A DNA stretch of 64,000 nucleotides. It comes from an uncultured Actinomycetes bacterium. GTDB taxonomy: Bacteria > Actinomycetota > UBA4738 > HRBIN12. The notes below the pieces were generated by a model. The model was not told the origin of the DNA, did no database searches, and saw nothing but the letters and a program-made list of their open reading frames with translations. Shown here in pieces: positions 1 to 10,703 of the stretch; positions within the stretch are counted from its first letter, which is position 1, and the number at the start of each line of letters is the position of its first letter. The translations under genes and the position numbers were made by a program. The DNA is taken from contig CAVVDF010000002.1 of the NCBI GenBank assembly GCA_963746995.1, forward strand, positions 9,366 to 73,365, written 5' to 3'.

Positions 1-483
1 TCGCCTTCACAATCCAGGCAGCCGACGTCGCCGTCCGTTGCACGCCACCGTCGCGTTGACGGTCGCGGTGATGGCGATCACGACCTTCTGTTGGGCCTTC
101 ACCGGCGAGATGCTGCACACGCTCGACCGTGGGCCGGTTGTCATTACACAGTTCGTGCTGCCCGCGCCGTTGTAGGCAACCGTGCCAGCGGTGCCGTTGG
201 TACTGGAGGGTCGACGACCGCCGACTGAAGGGTGAATTGGGCGCGGGACGACGATCGAGACAGAGCTGATGTTCGACGACGATTGCTTTGGTGACGTGTT
301 CGTGATCGTGACCTTGAACACTGGCGTCGTGCCGGTCTCGACCGAGGTGGGCGCCACCGAGTACCTGAAGTACTTGGTACCGGTCGGTGCCGCCAAACTG
401 GGTACCGCCAAGAACGCCACTAGTGCGATGATCGCGAGCCCGGCGATCCACGGTGCGAGCTTCGCGTGGTTCTGCTTCGACAT
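1..483 (-). CDS. Secreted/surface protein, N-terminal part (runs towards the window edge)
   Basis: ATG at 483 gives MSKQNHAKLAPWIAGLAIIALVAFLAVPSLAA, a signal peptide, followed by Thr/Ser/Val-rich beta-strand-like sequence. The 3' end is unclear because of indels and the window edge. Confidence 0.6.
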
Positions 484-629
484 CAGTCCCCTCCCAGGGT
501 CCATAAGACGCTTTGCGTCACACACCACTCGTAGGCCGAATGGTCGAACTAAGGTAGGCCGTTGGGGGGTTGCGCGTCAAGCCGACCAGAAGGCCTCATC
601 ACAAGTTACTCACAACGGATCACGCAGGC

Positions 630-1966
630 CTACAGGACGGGCAGGTATCGCTCCAGCTCGTACGGGCTGACGTAGGCCTTGAACGCATCCCACTCCTCGC
701 GCTTGTTGCGGATCAGGTACTCGTGGACGTGGTCGCCCAGCGCCTCCCGCAGCACCTCCGAGCCCTCCGCGAGGGCGATCGCCTCGTGCAGGTCCTCGGG
801 CAGGGAAGCGATGCCGGCGGCGCCCCGCTCGGCCTCGGTCATCTCGTAGATGTTGTTCGTGGCCTCGGGCGGCAGCTCGTAGCTCCTCCTCGATGCCCGT
901 CGAGCCCGGCCGCGAGCATCGCCGCGAAGGCCAGGTACGGGTTGCACGCCGGGTCGGGCGAGCGGTACTCGATCCGGGTGGCCTCCTCCTTGCCCGGCTT
1001 GTACATGCGGCACCCGGACCAGGGCGCTGCGGTTCCGCCGCGCCCAGCACACGTACACCGGCGCCTCGTACCCCGGGACCAGCCGCTTGTAGGAGTTCAC
1101 CCACTGGTTGGTGACCAGCGTGATCTCCGGCGCGTGGCGGAGCAGCCCGGCGATGTAGCTCTTGGCGGTCTTCGACAGGTGGTACTCGTCGGTGGCGTCG
1201 AAGAACGCGTTGCGGTCGCCCTGCGAACAGCGACTGGTGCGTGTGCATGCCGCTGCCGTTCACGCCCGGCGACCGGCTTGGGCATGAACGTCGCGTAGAT
1301 GCCGAACTCCTGCGCCACCTCCTTCACCGTCAGCCGGTAGGCCATGACGTTGTCGGCCATCGTGAGCGCGTCGGTGTAGCGCAGGTCGATCTCGTGCTGG
1401 CTCGGCGCGACCTCGTGGTGGACGTACTCCACCGGGATGCCCATCGCCTCCAGGTACTGCGACGGTGCGCTTGCGGTAGTCGGTGGCGACGTCGAGCGGC
1501 GTCTCGTCGAAGTAGCCGCCGCGGTCGAGGAACGTGCGGATCCTTCGAGGCCTTGAAGTAGAAGTACTCGAGCTCGGGTCCGACGTAGAACGTGTAGCCG
1601 AGGTCGGCCGCGCGCTGCAGCTGGCGCTTGAGCACGCCGCGCGGGTCGCCGTCGAACGGCGTCCCGTCCGGGCTGCACATGTCGCAGAACATCCGCGCGC
1701 GCCGGCTGCTCCGTCTTCCAGGGGATGAGCTGGAAGGTGGAGGGGTCGGGGATCGCGACCATGTCGGATTCCTGGATGCGGCTGAAGCCCTCGATCGAGG
1801 AGCCGTCGAAGCCCATCCCCTCGCGCGAACGCGCCCTCGAGCTCCTGCGAGGTGATCGTGAAGGACTTCAGGAACCCGAGCACGTCGGTGAACCACAGCC
1901 GGATGAACCGGATGCCGCGTTCCTCGACGGTGCGCAGCACGTAGTCGGCTTCGGCGGAAAGAGCAT
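630..1966 (-). CDS. glnA2: Glutamine synthetase family protein (GlnA2/GSI-alpha-like), frameshifted in assembly
   Basis: Fragments across frames: [82 protein letters not shown], ending [10 protein letters not shown]. Confidence 0.9.
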
Positions 1967-2001
1967 GTGGGCAGGCTAGCGACGGCGCGGACCGCTGCAC
2001 G

Positions 2002-2017
2002 GTTACGGCGGTGTGAA
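2002..2017 (-). promoter_or_regulatory. Putative GlnR box in the glnA2/glnE divergent region
   Basis: Minus strand reads TTCAC-N6-GTAAC, matching the 11-bp-spaced GlnR pentamer pattern. It lies upstream of the -10 TAGCCT (1978-1973) of glnA2. Confidence 0.55.
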
Positions 2018-2041
2018 CTCTCCTCGTAGGCTCGGGTGGCC

Positions 2042-4723
2042 ATGCAGACGTCGAGCGCGCGCTCGGCAGCCGCGCCCGATCCCGCGCTGGCCCGCGTCGC
2101 GTGGGAGCGCGTGACGACCGACGCCGGCGCGCGCGAGATCCTCGACCGTCCGGCGGTCGCGCCGGTCGCGATCCAGGTGCTCGGGTTCTCGACCGCCGCG
2201 GCCGATTTCCTGGTGCGATACCCGGATGAGGTGGCCGTGTTCGCGACGTCGCGCCGCGCTCGCGCGCGAACCTCGACCTCGAGCTTGCGCGCCGACCTGG
2301 AGCGGCTCGGCCCCGCCGCCGGGCTCCGCCGGTTCCGTCGCCGGGCGATGCTCCGGATCGCCGCGCGCGATCTGGGCGGCGCCTCGCTCGACGAGGTCGT
2401 CGCACGAGATCACCGACGTCGCCGACGCCTGCTGGGCGGCCGCTGCGCGCTCGCCGACGGCGCCGAGGCGGCTCGCCGTGATCGCGCCTCGGGAAGCTGG
2501 GGCGGCCGCGAGCTCAACTACTCCTCGCGACGTGGACCTGCTGTTCGTGCACGAGCGCGTCGGGGCCCGACGAGCAACGAGGCGGCCGAGCGCGCCGCCG
2601 GCCGCGCTGCTGCAGCTTCTCGCCGATCCGACCGCCGACGGCGTGGCGCTCCGCGTGGACACCGCGCTGCGGCCCGGCGGCCGCGCCGGCGCGCTCTCGC
2701 GTTCGCTCGACGCGACCCTCGCCTACTACGAGCGCGGGTCGGCCACCTGGGAACGCCAGGCGATGATCAAGGCGCGCGCGGCTGCGGGCGACACGCTGCC
2801 TCGGCTGCGGCTTCGTCGCCGGGGTCGCGCCGTTCGTCTACCCGGAGCACTCGAGCCCGCGGCGATCGACGACGTGCGCCGCACGAAGGTCCGCCTGGAG
2901 GAGTACATCCGCCAGCGCGGCAAGGAGTTGACCGAGGTCAAGCGCGGCCGCGGCGGCATCCGCGACGTCGAGTTCGCGGTGCAGCTGCTGCAGATCGTCC
3001 ACGGCCGCCGCGACGCGCGCGCTGCGGAGCCCGAACACGCTGCGCCGCGCTCAGGCGCTCGCCGACGAGGGGTACGTCGCCGACGCCGACGCCGACGCCC
3101 TGGCCGAGGCCTATCGGTTCCTGCGACGGCTCGAGCACCGGCTGCAGATCGTGCGCGACCTGCAGACCCACGACCTGCCGGCCGATCGCCGACGCGCGCA
3201 CGACGATGGCGCGCTCCCTGGGCCTCGCCGACGCCGACGCGTCTGCAGGAGGAGTACGACCGCACCACCGGGCTCGTCCGGTCGATCCACGAGCGGCTGT
3301 TCTACCGGCCGTTGCTGGAGGCCTTCGCCGGCCCGGCGCAGCCACGCCCCGGCGCCGACCGCACCGCGACGCAGGAGCTGCTCGACGGGCTCGGGTTCGC
3401 CAGCCCGTGCGCAGCTACGAGGTGCTGGCGCGCCTGGTCGACCCGGCGCACCCGGCTGGGGAAGGTGCTTGCGCACGTGTTCCCGGTGATGACGCCGGCG
3501 ATCGCGCTCGCGCGCCGATCCCGACGCGCGCGCTCGTGCGGCTCGAACGGGTCGCCGAGGCGGTCGGGCGAACGGCGCGGCCCCGCCGACGCTGCTGGCG
3601 ACCGACCCGAAGGCCGCCTGGCGCCTGGCGCACCTCGTCGGGGCGAGCTCGATTCGCCACGGACCTGCTGGTCGCCGACCCCGAGCGGATCCGCGCGCTG
3701 GCCGACGGCGGTGATCCACGCCGACGACGCGAGCGGCCGACATGGTGCGCGTCGTGGCGCGCTACGCCGCGCGCGAGCTGTTCGCCGCGCGGCGACCGGC
3801 GCCGCGATCGCCGCCGTGGGCGAGCGCGTGCTGCGCGAGGCGGTCGACGCCGCCGCGTCCGACCGCTGCCGCTCGCCGTGATCGGGATGGGCAAGCTCGG
3901 CGCGCGCGAGCCATCGTTCGCGAGCGACCTCGACGTGGTCTTCGTCTACGAGGGCGAGGGCGCCGGACGAACAGCGCGCGGCGATCGAGGCCGCCGAGCG
4001 CGATCATGCGCGCGCGTGCGGCGAGGCCGGGCTGGGAGATCGATGCCGACCTGCGGCCGGAGGGGCGCAACGGCCCGCTCGCGCGGTCGATCGCCGGGTT
4101 CCTGGAGTACTGGGAGCGCTACGCCGAGCCGTGGGAGTTCCAGGCGTTGCTGCGGGCGCGCGCCGTCGCGGGTGACCCGGCGCTCGGCCGGCGGTTCGAG
4201 CTCGACGGCCGGCGGACCTCGCGTATCTCGCCCGACGGCATCACGATCGACCGGGTCGTCGAGATCCGCCGCATGCGCGAGCGGATCGAGCGCGAGCGCG
4301 TGACGCCCGCCCGAGGCGGCCAAGTTCCACTTCAAGCTGGGGTACGGGTCGCTCGCCGACGTCCAGTTCGCGGTGGAGATGCTGCTGCTGCGTCACGGCG
4401 GGCCCGAACCCGGAGGTCCGCACGCACCAGCACGCTCGAGGCGATCGAGCGGCTGGCCGAGCGACGGCTGCGTCGAGCAGTCGGTGGCTCGCGACCTCGG
4501 CGAGGCGTTCGTGTTCCTGAACGACGTGAAGTGCGCGATGGAGGTCGATCGTCGCGTGCATGCCGAGGCGCGTGCCCGCCCGGCGCCGAGGAGCAGACCG
4601 CGCTGGCCCGGCGGCTCGGCTACGAGGAGTACCCGCGGCAAGCGCTTCATCGACGACTACCTGCGGATCACCCGGCGATGCCGCCGCGCGATGGAGCGGG
4701 CGTTCGCCGAGGCCCTCGACTAG
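2042..4723 (+). CDS. glnE: Bifunctional glutamine synthetase adenylyltransferase/deadenylase (frameshifted)
   Basis: Two nucleotidyltransferase modules: GKLGGRELNYSSDVDL / RVDTALRPGGRAGAL / WERQAMIKAR / KRGRGGIRDVEF, and GMGKLGAREPSFASDLD / DADLRPEGRNGPL / WEFQALLRAR. Sits between two glnA genes. Confidence 0.92.
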
Positions 4724-4745
4724 CGCATCTGCCATCCTGTCCGGC

Positions 4746-5535
4746 ATGGGCGAAGCGACCGATCGCGTTGATCACCGGGGCGTCCGGCGGGCTCGGCGTA
4801 CGAGTTCGCGCGGCTGCTCGCCGAGCGCGGGCACGACCTGGTGCTGTTGACGGCGCGCAGCGGCGCGCCGATGGAGGAGCTCGCGCAGTGGGCCGAGGCG
4901 CGGCACGGCGTCGAGGTGCACCGTGTTGCCGAAGGATCTGTCGCATCCCGGGGCCGCCGCCGAACTCGCCGAGGAGATCGAGGAGTGGCATCTGCACCCC
5001 GACGTGCTGATCAACAACGCGGGGTTCACGCAGCTAGCGCCGTTCGCCGAGAGTGACGAGCACGTGATGCTCTCGCTCCTTCGGGTGAACATCGAGGCGC
5101 TGACGCATCTCGCGCCGGATCGCACCCGGGATGGTGGCTCGCGGGAGTGGCCGCATCGTGAACATGGCGTCGAACGCGGCGTTCCAGCCGGGGCCGTACA
5201 TGGCCTGCTACTACGCGTCGAAGGCCTACGTCCTCAGCTTCTCGATCGCGCTCGCGGAGGAACTCCGCGGCAGCGGCGTCACCGTTACCGCGCTCGCGCC
5301 CGGACCCGTTGCGACCGGATTCCAGGCTCGCGCCGATATGCAGGACGCGCGCGTTGTGAAGGGGCGTCGGCTGCCCGGCGCGGCCGAGGTCGCGGAATGG
5401 GGCTGGGCCCAGGCCGTTCGTGGGAAGCCGCTTGCCGTGTATACGCCCCGGTGGAAGATCGCCGCGTTCGGGACGAGGTTCCTTCCCAGACCGCTCGCGG
5501 CGAGGATGGCCGGGAAGACGAACGAGAAGGTCTAG
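4746..5535 (+). CDS. Short-chain dehydrogenase/reductase
   Basis: [22 protein letters not shown] catalytic motif, APGPVATGF. Confidence 0.88.
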
Positions 5536-5537
5536 CT

Positions 5538-6752
5538 TTACCCGGTCACCGACCAGAACCGACCGCCCCGGAACTGGTACTGGGTGCCGACCCAACCGGT
5601 CGGGAGCGCCCCCCGCCCGTTCTTGCCGATGCCGGCCGACATCGTCCGCTGGACGCTGGCTCCGAGCCTGCGGTCACCGAGGAACGAGCCGGTGGGCGAG
5701 TATCGCCGGACGAACAGGTCCGTCCCGCGGTCTCGGGCATTCCGCCTCGTGCCGACCAGCCAGATCCGGCCGCCCCGCACGAACGTGATGCCGGTCGTCG
5801 CGGTCCCGAGTCGCTCACCGCCGCCGAAGGTGCGGTGCCAGCCCATCGTGCCGTTGACCCCGAACCTGCCGATCCAGCCGGCCGACGGCGATGAACTCCA
5901 AGCCACGCCCGCGCCGCCGATACCCGCGGTCACCACGAGGAACCGCGAAGCGGCGATCGTGACGGGCAGGTATATCGTCGGCATCCGGACGGGAGCCAAC
6001 CTGCTCCACACTTGGTGACCCCGGTCGTTGAGCTTCACGACGAGCGGTCGTCCCGGGGTCGGCGTGCTCTCGGTGATGTGGCCACGTGTCGCCGCCCATC
6101 CCGAGGCGTAGACCGCGCCACCCGACCCGATCGCCACGCCCGTCGCCGTGTCGTACCAACCGGCCGGCGTCGGTGCCGGCGGCTCCACGTCCGCTCGCCA
6201 GCCGAGCCGCAGGTGCCCTCCGAACGACTGCACCCACCCGTCGTGATACTGATCGCCGCAGCAGCCGAACGAGGAGCCCGACACCACGACCAGGCCGTCC
6301 CGCACGGCGATATCGGTCGCCGCCTGGGCGATATCGCAGGTCCACCCAGGCGTGAGGTATCGCCAACGGAGGTTGCCGTCCGGACTGTACGCACGGACGA
6401 ACCATCCCTCGCCCTCGCACTGGCCGCGGATGATCCCGACCGTGTAGATCACGCCGTTGTCACCGATCGCCACGCCAACGGCGTGGGTGCTGGACTCGGG
6501 GTTCGGCAACCACGAACGCGACCACACCAAGGTGCCGTCGGACGCGTACTTCTGCAGGGTTGCGGCAACGGAGATCGATTGGCGTTTGGTCACGACGGCA
6601 TAGATCGAACCGTCGGCCGCGGTTGCGGCGTCCATGACCTGCTTGCCGGCCTGCGCGCCCCACGCGACCGTGATCGGAGCAGCCTGCGCAGCAGGCACTG
6701 CCGTCACGACGAGCCCCATGACGAGCAGGACCCCGAGCAACCAGCGACGCAT
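5538..6752 (-). CDS. Secreted beta-propeller-like protein
   Basis: Intact 404-aa ORF with a signal peptide (AQA cleavage site) and repeated 'A.GVAI...G.IY..G' and 'KY..DG...W' blade-like motifs. Confidence 0.7.
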   Translation of the reverse strand: MRRWLLGVLLVMGLVVTAVPAAQAAPITVAWGAQAGKQVMDAATAADGSIYAVVTKRQSISVAATLQKYASDGTLVWSRSWLPNPESSTHAVGVAIGDNGVIYTVGIIRGQCEGEGWFVRAYSPDGNLRWRYLTPGWTCDIAQAATDIAVRDGLVVVSGSSFGCCGDQYHDGWVQSFGGHLRLGWRADVEPPAPTPAGWYDTATGVAIGSGGAVYASGWAATRGHITESTPTPGRPLVVKLNDRGHQVWSRLAPVRMPTIYLPVTIAASRFLVVTAGIGGAGVAWSSSPSAGWIGRFGVNGTMGWHRTFGGGERLGTATTGITFVRGGRIWLVGTRRNARDRGTDLFVRRYSPTGSFLGDRRLGASVQRTMSAGIGKNGRGALPTGWVGTQYQFRGGRFWSVTG

Positions 6753-6809
6753 CGTGAACCTCCTGTGGCCGATTGCGACAGCCTACCTTCCGCACCGACC
6801 CGGAAACGC

Positions 6810-6838
6810 TGACTGGGCGCCCGAAGGGCGCCCAGTCA
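6810..6838 (-). terminator. Hairpin (terminator or 3' stabiliser) after glnA1
   Basis: Perfect 13-bp inverted repeat TGACTGGGCGCCC/GGGCGCCCAGTCA; reads as a C(UUCG)G loop on the minus strand, 20 nt past the glnA1 stop. No U-tract. Confidence 0.7.
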
Positions 6839-6857
6839 CACAGGAGATGGAGGACGG

Positions 6858-8289
6858 CTAGACGTCGTAGTACAGCGCGAACTCGTGCGGGTGCGGCCGC
6901 AGCCGCACGGCGTCGCGCTCTTCCATCCGCTTGTACTCGATCCAGGTGTCGATCACGTCCTGCGTGAACACTCCGCCTTCCAGCAGCCACTGGTGATCGG
7001 CCTCGAGCGCGTTCAGCACCTCGTCCAGATCGCCGGGCACCTGCTTCACGTTCGCCTTCTCCTCGGGCGGCAGGTCGTAGAGGTCTTTGTCGATCGGCTC
7101 CGGCGGCTCGATCTTGTTCTTGATCCCGTCGAGGCCCGCCATCAGCATCGCGCTGAACGCGAGGTACGGGTTGCACGACGGGTCCGGCGTGCGGAACTCG
7201 ATCCGCTTCGCCTTCGGGCTCGAGCCACCCACCGGGATCCGCACGCATGCGCTGCGGTTCCGCTGGGAGTAGACGAGCATGATCGGCGCCTCATAGCCCG
7301 GCACCAGCCGACGGAACGAGTTCGTCGTCGGGTTGGTGAACGCGAGCAGCGCCGGCGCATGCTGGATCAGCCCGCCGATATACCAGCGCGCGAGGTCGCT
7401 GATCCCGCCGTAGTTGACCTCGTCCCAGAACAGCGGCTCGCCCGCGGTCCAGAGGCTCTGATGCGTGTGCATGCCCGATCCGTTGTCCATGAACAGCGGC
7501 TTCGGCATGAACGTGACCGTCTTGCCCGCCTGGTAGGCCGTGTTCTTGACCACGTACTTGTACTTCATGACGTTGTCCGCGGTCGTGAGCAGCGTGTCGT
7601 ACCGCATGTCGATCTCGGCCTGGCCGGCGGTGCCGACCTCGTGGTGGTGCACCTCGATCGTCAGGCCGGCCTTCTCCAGGTTCAGCACCATGTCGGTGCG
7701 CAGGTCCTGGTACTTGTCCATCGGCGGCAGCGCGAAGTACCCACCCTTGTAGCGCGGCTTGTACCCGAGGTTGCCGCCCTCCTCGTGCCGTCCGACTGTC
7801 CAGGCGCCTGCGACGGAGTCGATGTGGTAGAAGCCCTCGAACTCGCTCTGGTCGTAACGGATCGAGTCGAAGATGTAGAACTCCGCCTCGGGCCCGAAGT
7901 AGGCCGTGTCGGCGATCCCGGTCTGCTGCAGGTAGAGCTCGGCTTTCTTCGCGATCTGTCGGGGGTCGCGCGAGTAGTCCTCTCCCGGTGATCGGGTCCT
8001 TCACGAAGCACGTGATGTTCAGGGTCGGATGCTTCGTGAACGGGTCCATGTAGGCCGTCGAGCAGTCGAGATCCAGCAGCATGTCGGACTCCTGGATCTC
8101 CTGGAACCCGCGCACCGAGGAGCCGTCGAACGGCTGGCCGTCGGCGAACTTCTCCTCGGTCAGCTCGTGGATCGGCAATGACAGGTGTTGCACCTGCCCG
8201 GGCAGGTCGGTGAAGCGCAGATCGACGATCAACGCTCCGGCCTCCTTGGCCATAGCGATGACGTCCTTGGGCGTCTTCGGGCTCGCCAC
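6858..8289 (-). CDS. glnA: Type I glutamine synthetase (GSI-beta), one indel near 7985
   Basis: [39 protein letters not shown], adenylylation loop [14 protein letters not shown]-terminal [13 protein letters not shown]; purine-rich Shine-Dalgarno before the GTG. Confidence 0.96.
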
Positions 8290-8355
8290 GATGTCTCCCT
8301 TCCCCTGGTCCGACGGCGACCTAGCAAGGGTAGGACCTGCTCGACACGACGTTCC

Positions 8356-8382
8356 GTTACTCGAGCGTTAACTCTCGGTTAC
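8356..8382 (-). promoter_or_regulatory. GlnR-binding direct repeats upstream of glnA1
   Basis: Minus strand GTAAC-N6-TTAAC-N6-GTAAC, three pentamers with an 11-bp period. This is the known actinobacterial GlnR box pattern, and glnR is adjacent. Confidence 0.75.
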
Positions 8383-8387
8383 AGCGG

Positions 8388-8416
8388 CAGGGCCGGCGCC
8401 GAAGGCGCCGGCCCTG
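8388..8416 (-). terminator. GC-rich hairpin between glnR and the glnA1 promoter
   Basis: Perfect 13-bp inverted repeat CAGGGCCGGCGCC/GGCGCCGGCCCTG with a C(UUCG)G loop on the minus strand. Confidence 0.65.
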
Positions 8417-8444
8417 TGTGCAGGGGGATGGGCGAAACCTGTCT

Positions 8445-8606
8445 CTCAGCGGCGGCGCCGGCGCCGGTTGCGGCGGTCCTCTCGGTTCCGCCGCGACCAG
8501 GATCCTCACCGGGTCTCGCTGCATGAACGAGGCCGAGACCGCTGCGCCGAGGGGGATAAGTCCCAGCGAGGGGAAGAGCTTCGCGGTGATGAGCCGATCC
8601 GTTCAT
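8445..8606 (-). CDS. Candidate small ORF/leader peptide with RGPP motif (needs one indel corrected; end uncertain)
   Basis: After ATG at 8606 a GC3-rich frame reads DRLITAKLFPSLGLIPLGAAVSASFMQRDPVRILVAAEPRGPPQ; RGPP codons at 8482-8471. Confidence 0.4.
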
Positions 8607-8721
8607 GGCGCAAGGCATCGACCGTGGCGCTATGGGTGCGCAGAGCCCGTCGGTGTCATTTCCGCCTGGTCGCGCCGTGCTAGGTCCGAGGTCGGTCCGG
8701 CCGGAGGGTAGGTCGAAGGGC

Positions 8722-9386
8722 TCAGTCCTCGGCGAGTCGCCCGGTAGCCGACCGAACGCACCGTCTCGATCAGGTGCTCGCGCTCGGCGCCGAGCTTGGC
8801 GCGGAGCCGCCGCACGTGCACGTCCACGGTCCGTGTACCCCCGTAGAAGTCGTAGCCCCACACCTCGCGCAGGAACGCCGGTCGGGTGTAAACGCGCCCG
8901 GCGGTGGGTCGCGAGGAACCGCAGCAGCTCGAACTCCTTGAAGGTGAGGTCGAGCGGGCGGCCGGCCGCGGCGACCTTGTAGGTGTCGACGTCGATCCGC
9001 AGGTCGCCGAGGCGAACGATCGAGCCGTCGCCGTCGCCGACCCGACGCCGAAGCATGGCCAGGCGCACGCGCAGCTCCGCCTCGGGGGCGCCCGGGTAGA
9101 CGAACTCGTCCGCGATCTCGTGCCAGGGGAATCGATCGAGATCGGCTGCGTTCCACGATCACCGCCACGGTCGCCCCAGGTTCGTCGCGCCGCAAGGTCG
9201 TCAACACGGACCAGGCTTGGCCGGGGTTCTCCGCGGCGTCCACCAGCCACAGGCTCGGGGTCAGCTCGCGCGCATGCGGCAGGGCGTCAAGGGCCAGCGG
9301 CTCGTGCTTCAGGTCCGGACGGAGCGCGTCGAGCGCGGGCAGCGCCTGCGCGGGCGAGCGATCGGAGAGCAGCAGCACACAGCCAT
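8722..9386 (-). CDS. glnR: OmpR-family nitrogen regulator GlnR (atypical receiver plus winged HTH)
   Basis: [15 protein letters not shown] and [40 protein letters not shown]; adjacent to glnA and moaD. Several indels. Confidence 0.85.
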
Positions 9387-9441
9387 AGCGACGGTCCTCA
9401 CCGTACCCGGTCGGCAGCGCCGCCGGTACCCTTGACCTGCG

Positions 9442-9679
9442 ATGACGATCCACGTGCGCCTGTTCGCCGTCCTGCGGGAGCTCGCGGGCGCGGGCGCCCT
9501 GGAGGCATCCGGGCGCACGTCGGCGACATCGCGATGCGCTGGGGGCCACGTACGGTGAGCGCTTCGCGAACGTCGCGGCCGTCTCGACGTTCGTGGTGAA
9601 CGGCGAGCGGGCGAGCCGCTCGACCGTCGTCGCGGACGGCGACGAGGTGGCGATCCTGCCCCCGGTGAGCGGCGGCTGA
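9442..9679 (+). CDS. moaD: MoaD/ThiS-family sulfur carrier
   Basis: MTIHVRLFAVLRELAG ... VNGE ... DGDEVAILPPVSGG* with C-terminal GG. Internal indels. Confidence 0.85.
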
Positions 9680-9728
9680 CCGTCGCGATCTGCACGGGTC
9701 TCGTCCGGCACCCTGGGATACTCCGCGG

Positions 9729-10645
9729 ATGCGGTTCCACCGGGTTCTCCTCGTGGTCAACCCTGTGGCGAGGACCGTCTCCAAACCCACCTTGGCCGTG
9801 ATCGAAAAGGCGCTATCCGCCGACTTCGCCCTCGAGGTCGCGGAGACCAAGGAGCAGGGCCACGCCAACGAGCTCGCAACGCAGGCCGTACACGACGGCA
9901 TCGATCTCGTGGTCGTCTTCAGCGGCGACGGCACGATCAACGAGGCGGTGAACGCCCTCGCTGGCACCGAGACCGCGCTCGCGGTGATCCCCGGCGGCGC
10001 GACCAACGTGCTCGTGCGCGGCGCTCGAGTCTGCCGACCGACCCCGTCGAGTGCACGGGCGTGCTGATCCCCAAGGCGCTCGACGACGAGGCGTTCCCGC
10101 TGCACCTCGGGCGCGCCGACGGCCGCTACTTCGCGGTCAACTGCGGCGCGGGGATCGACGCGGCTGCCATGCGCCGGCTGGAGCGGAAGTTCCCCGAGAC
10201 GAAGACGAAGTTCGACCGGGCGGCGTTCCGCGCGGTGTCGTGGGAGCTGCTCGTCGGTTACGCGGGCAAACAGCCGGACCTGTCGGTAGCGATCGACGGC
10301 GAGGACCCGATCCAAGCGCTGTCGGTGATGGTCGGGCGGACCGACCCGTACACCTTCTACAAGGAGCGCGGGCTGCGGATGACGCCGGACGCGTCGCTCG
10401 ACAAGGGCCTCGACGTCCTTTCGATCCGGAAGCTGAGCGACGGCACGTCCCGCGCATCGCCTGGCAGGTCTTCGGCTCCGCACGACACGTGCAGGGCCGG
10501 CGACATCGAGTACACGCACGACGCGTCGCACGTGGTGGTGACGGCGGCGAAGCCGTTCCCGGTGCAGGTCGACGGCGACATGCACGGGGACCACCAGCGT
10601 CTCGAGGTGGAACTCGCTCGCGAGGCGCTCTGGGTCGTCGCCTGA
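9729..10645 (+). CDS. Diacylglycerol/lipid kinase family protein
   Basis: VVNPVA, SGDGTINEAVNAL, IPGGATNV, GAGIDA, QVDGD. Confidence 0.88.
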
Positions 10646-10703
10646 CGCCGCCGCCGGGCGTCCCGTATCCTGGGCCGACCCGAACCGAAAGGCTCTGCCA
10701 GCC

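Noticed and set aside
8675-8684. CCTAGCACGG (minus strand), recalled as resembling a stem in mycobacterial Ms1 RNA
   Set aside because: A single 10-mer recalled from memory, with no complementary partner strand in the region.
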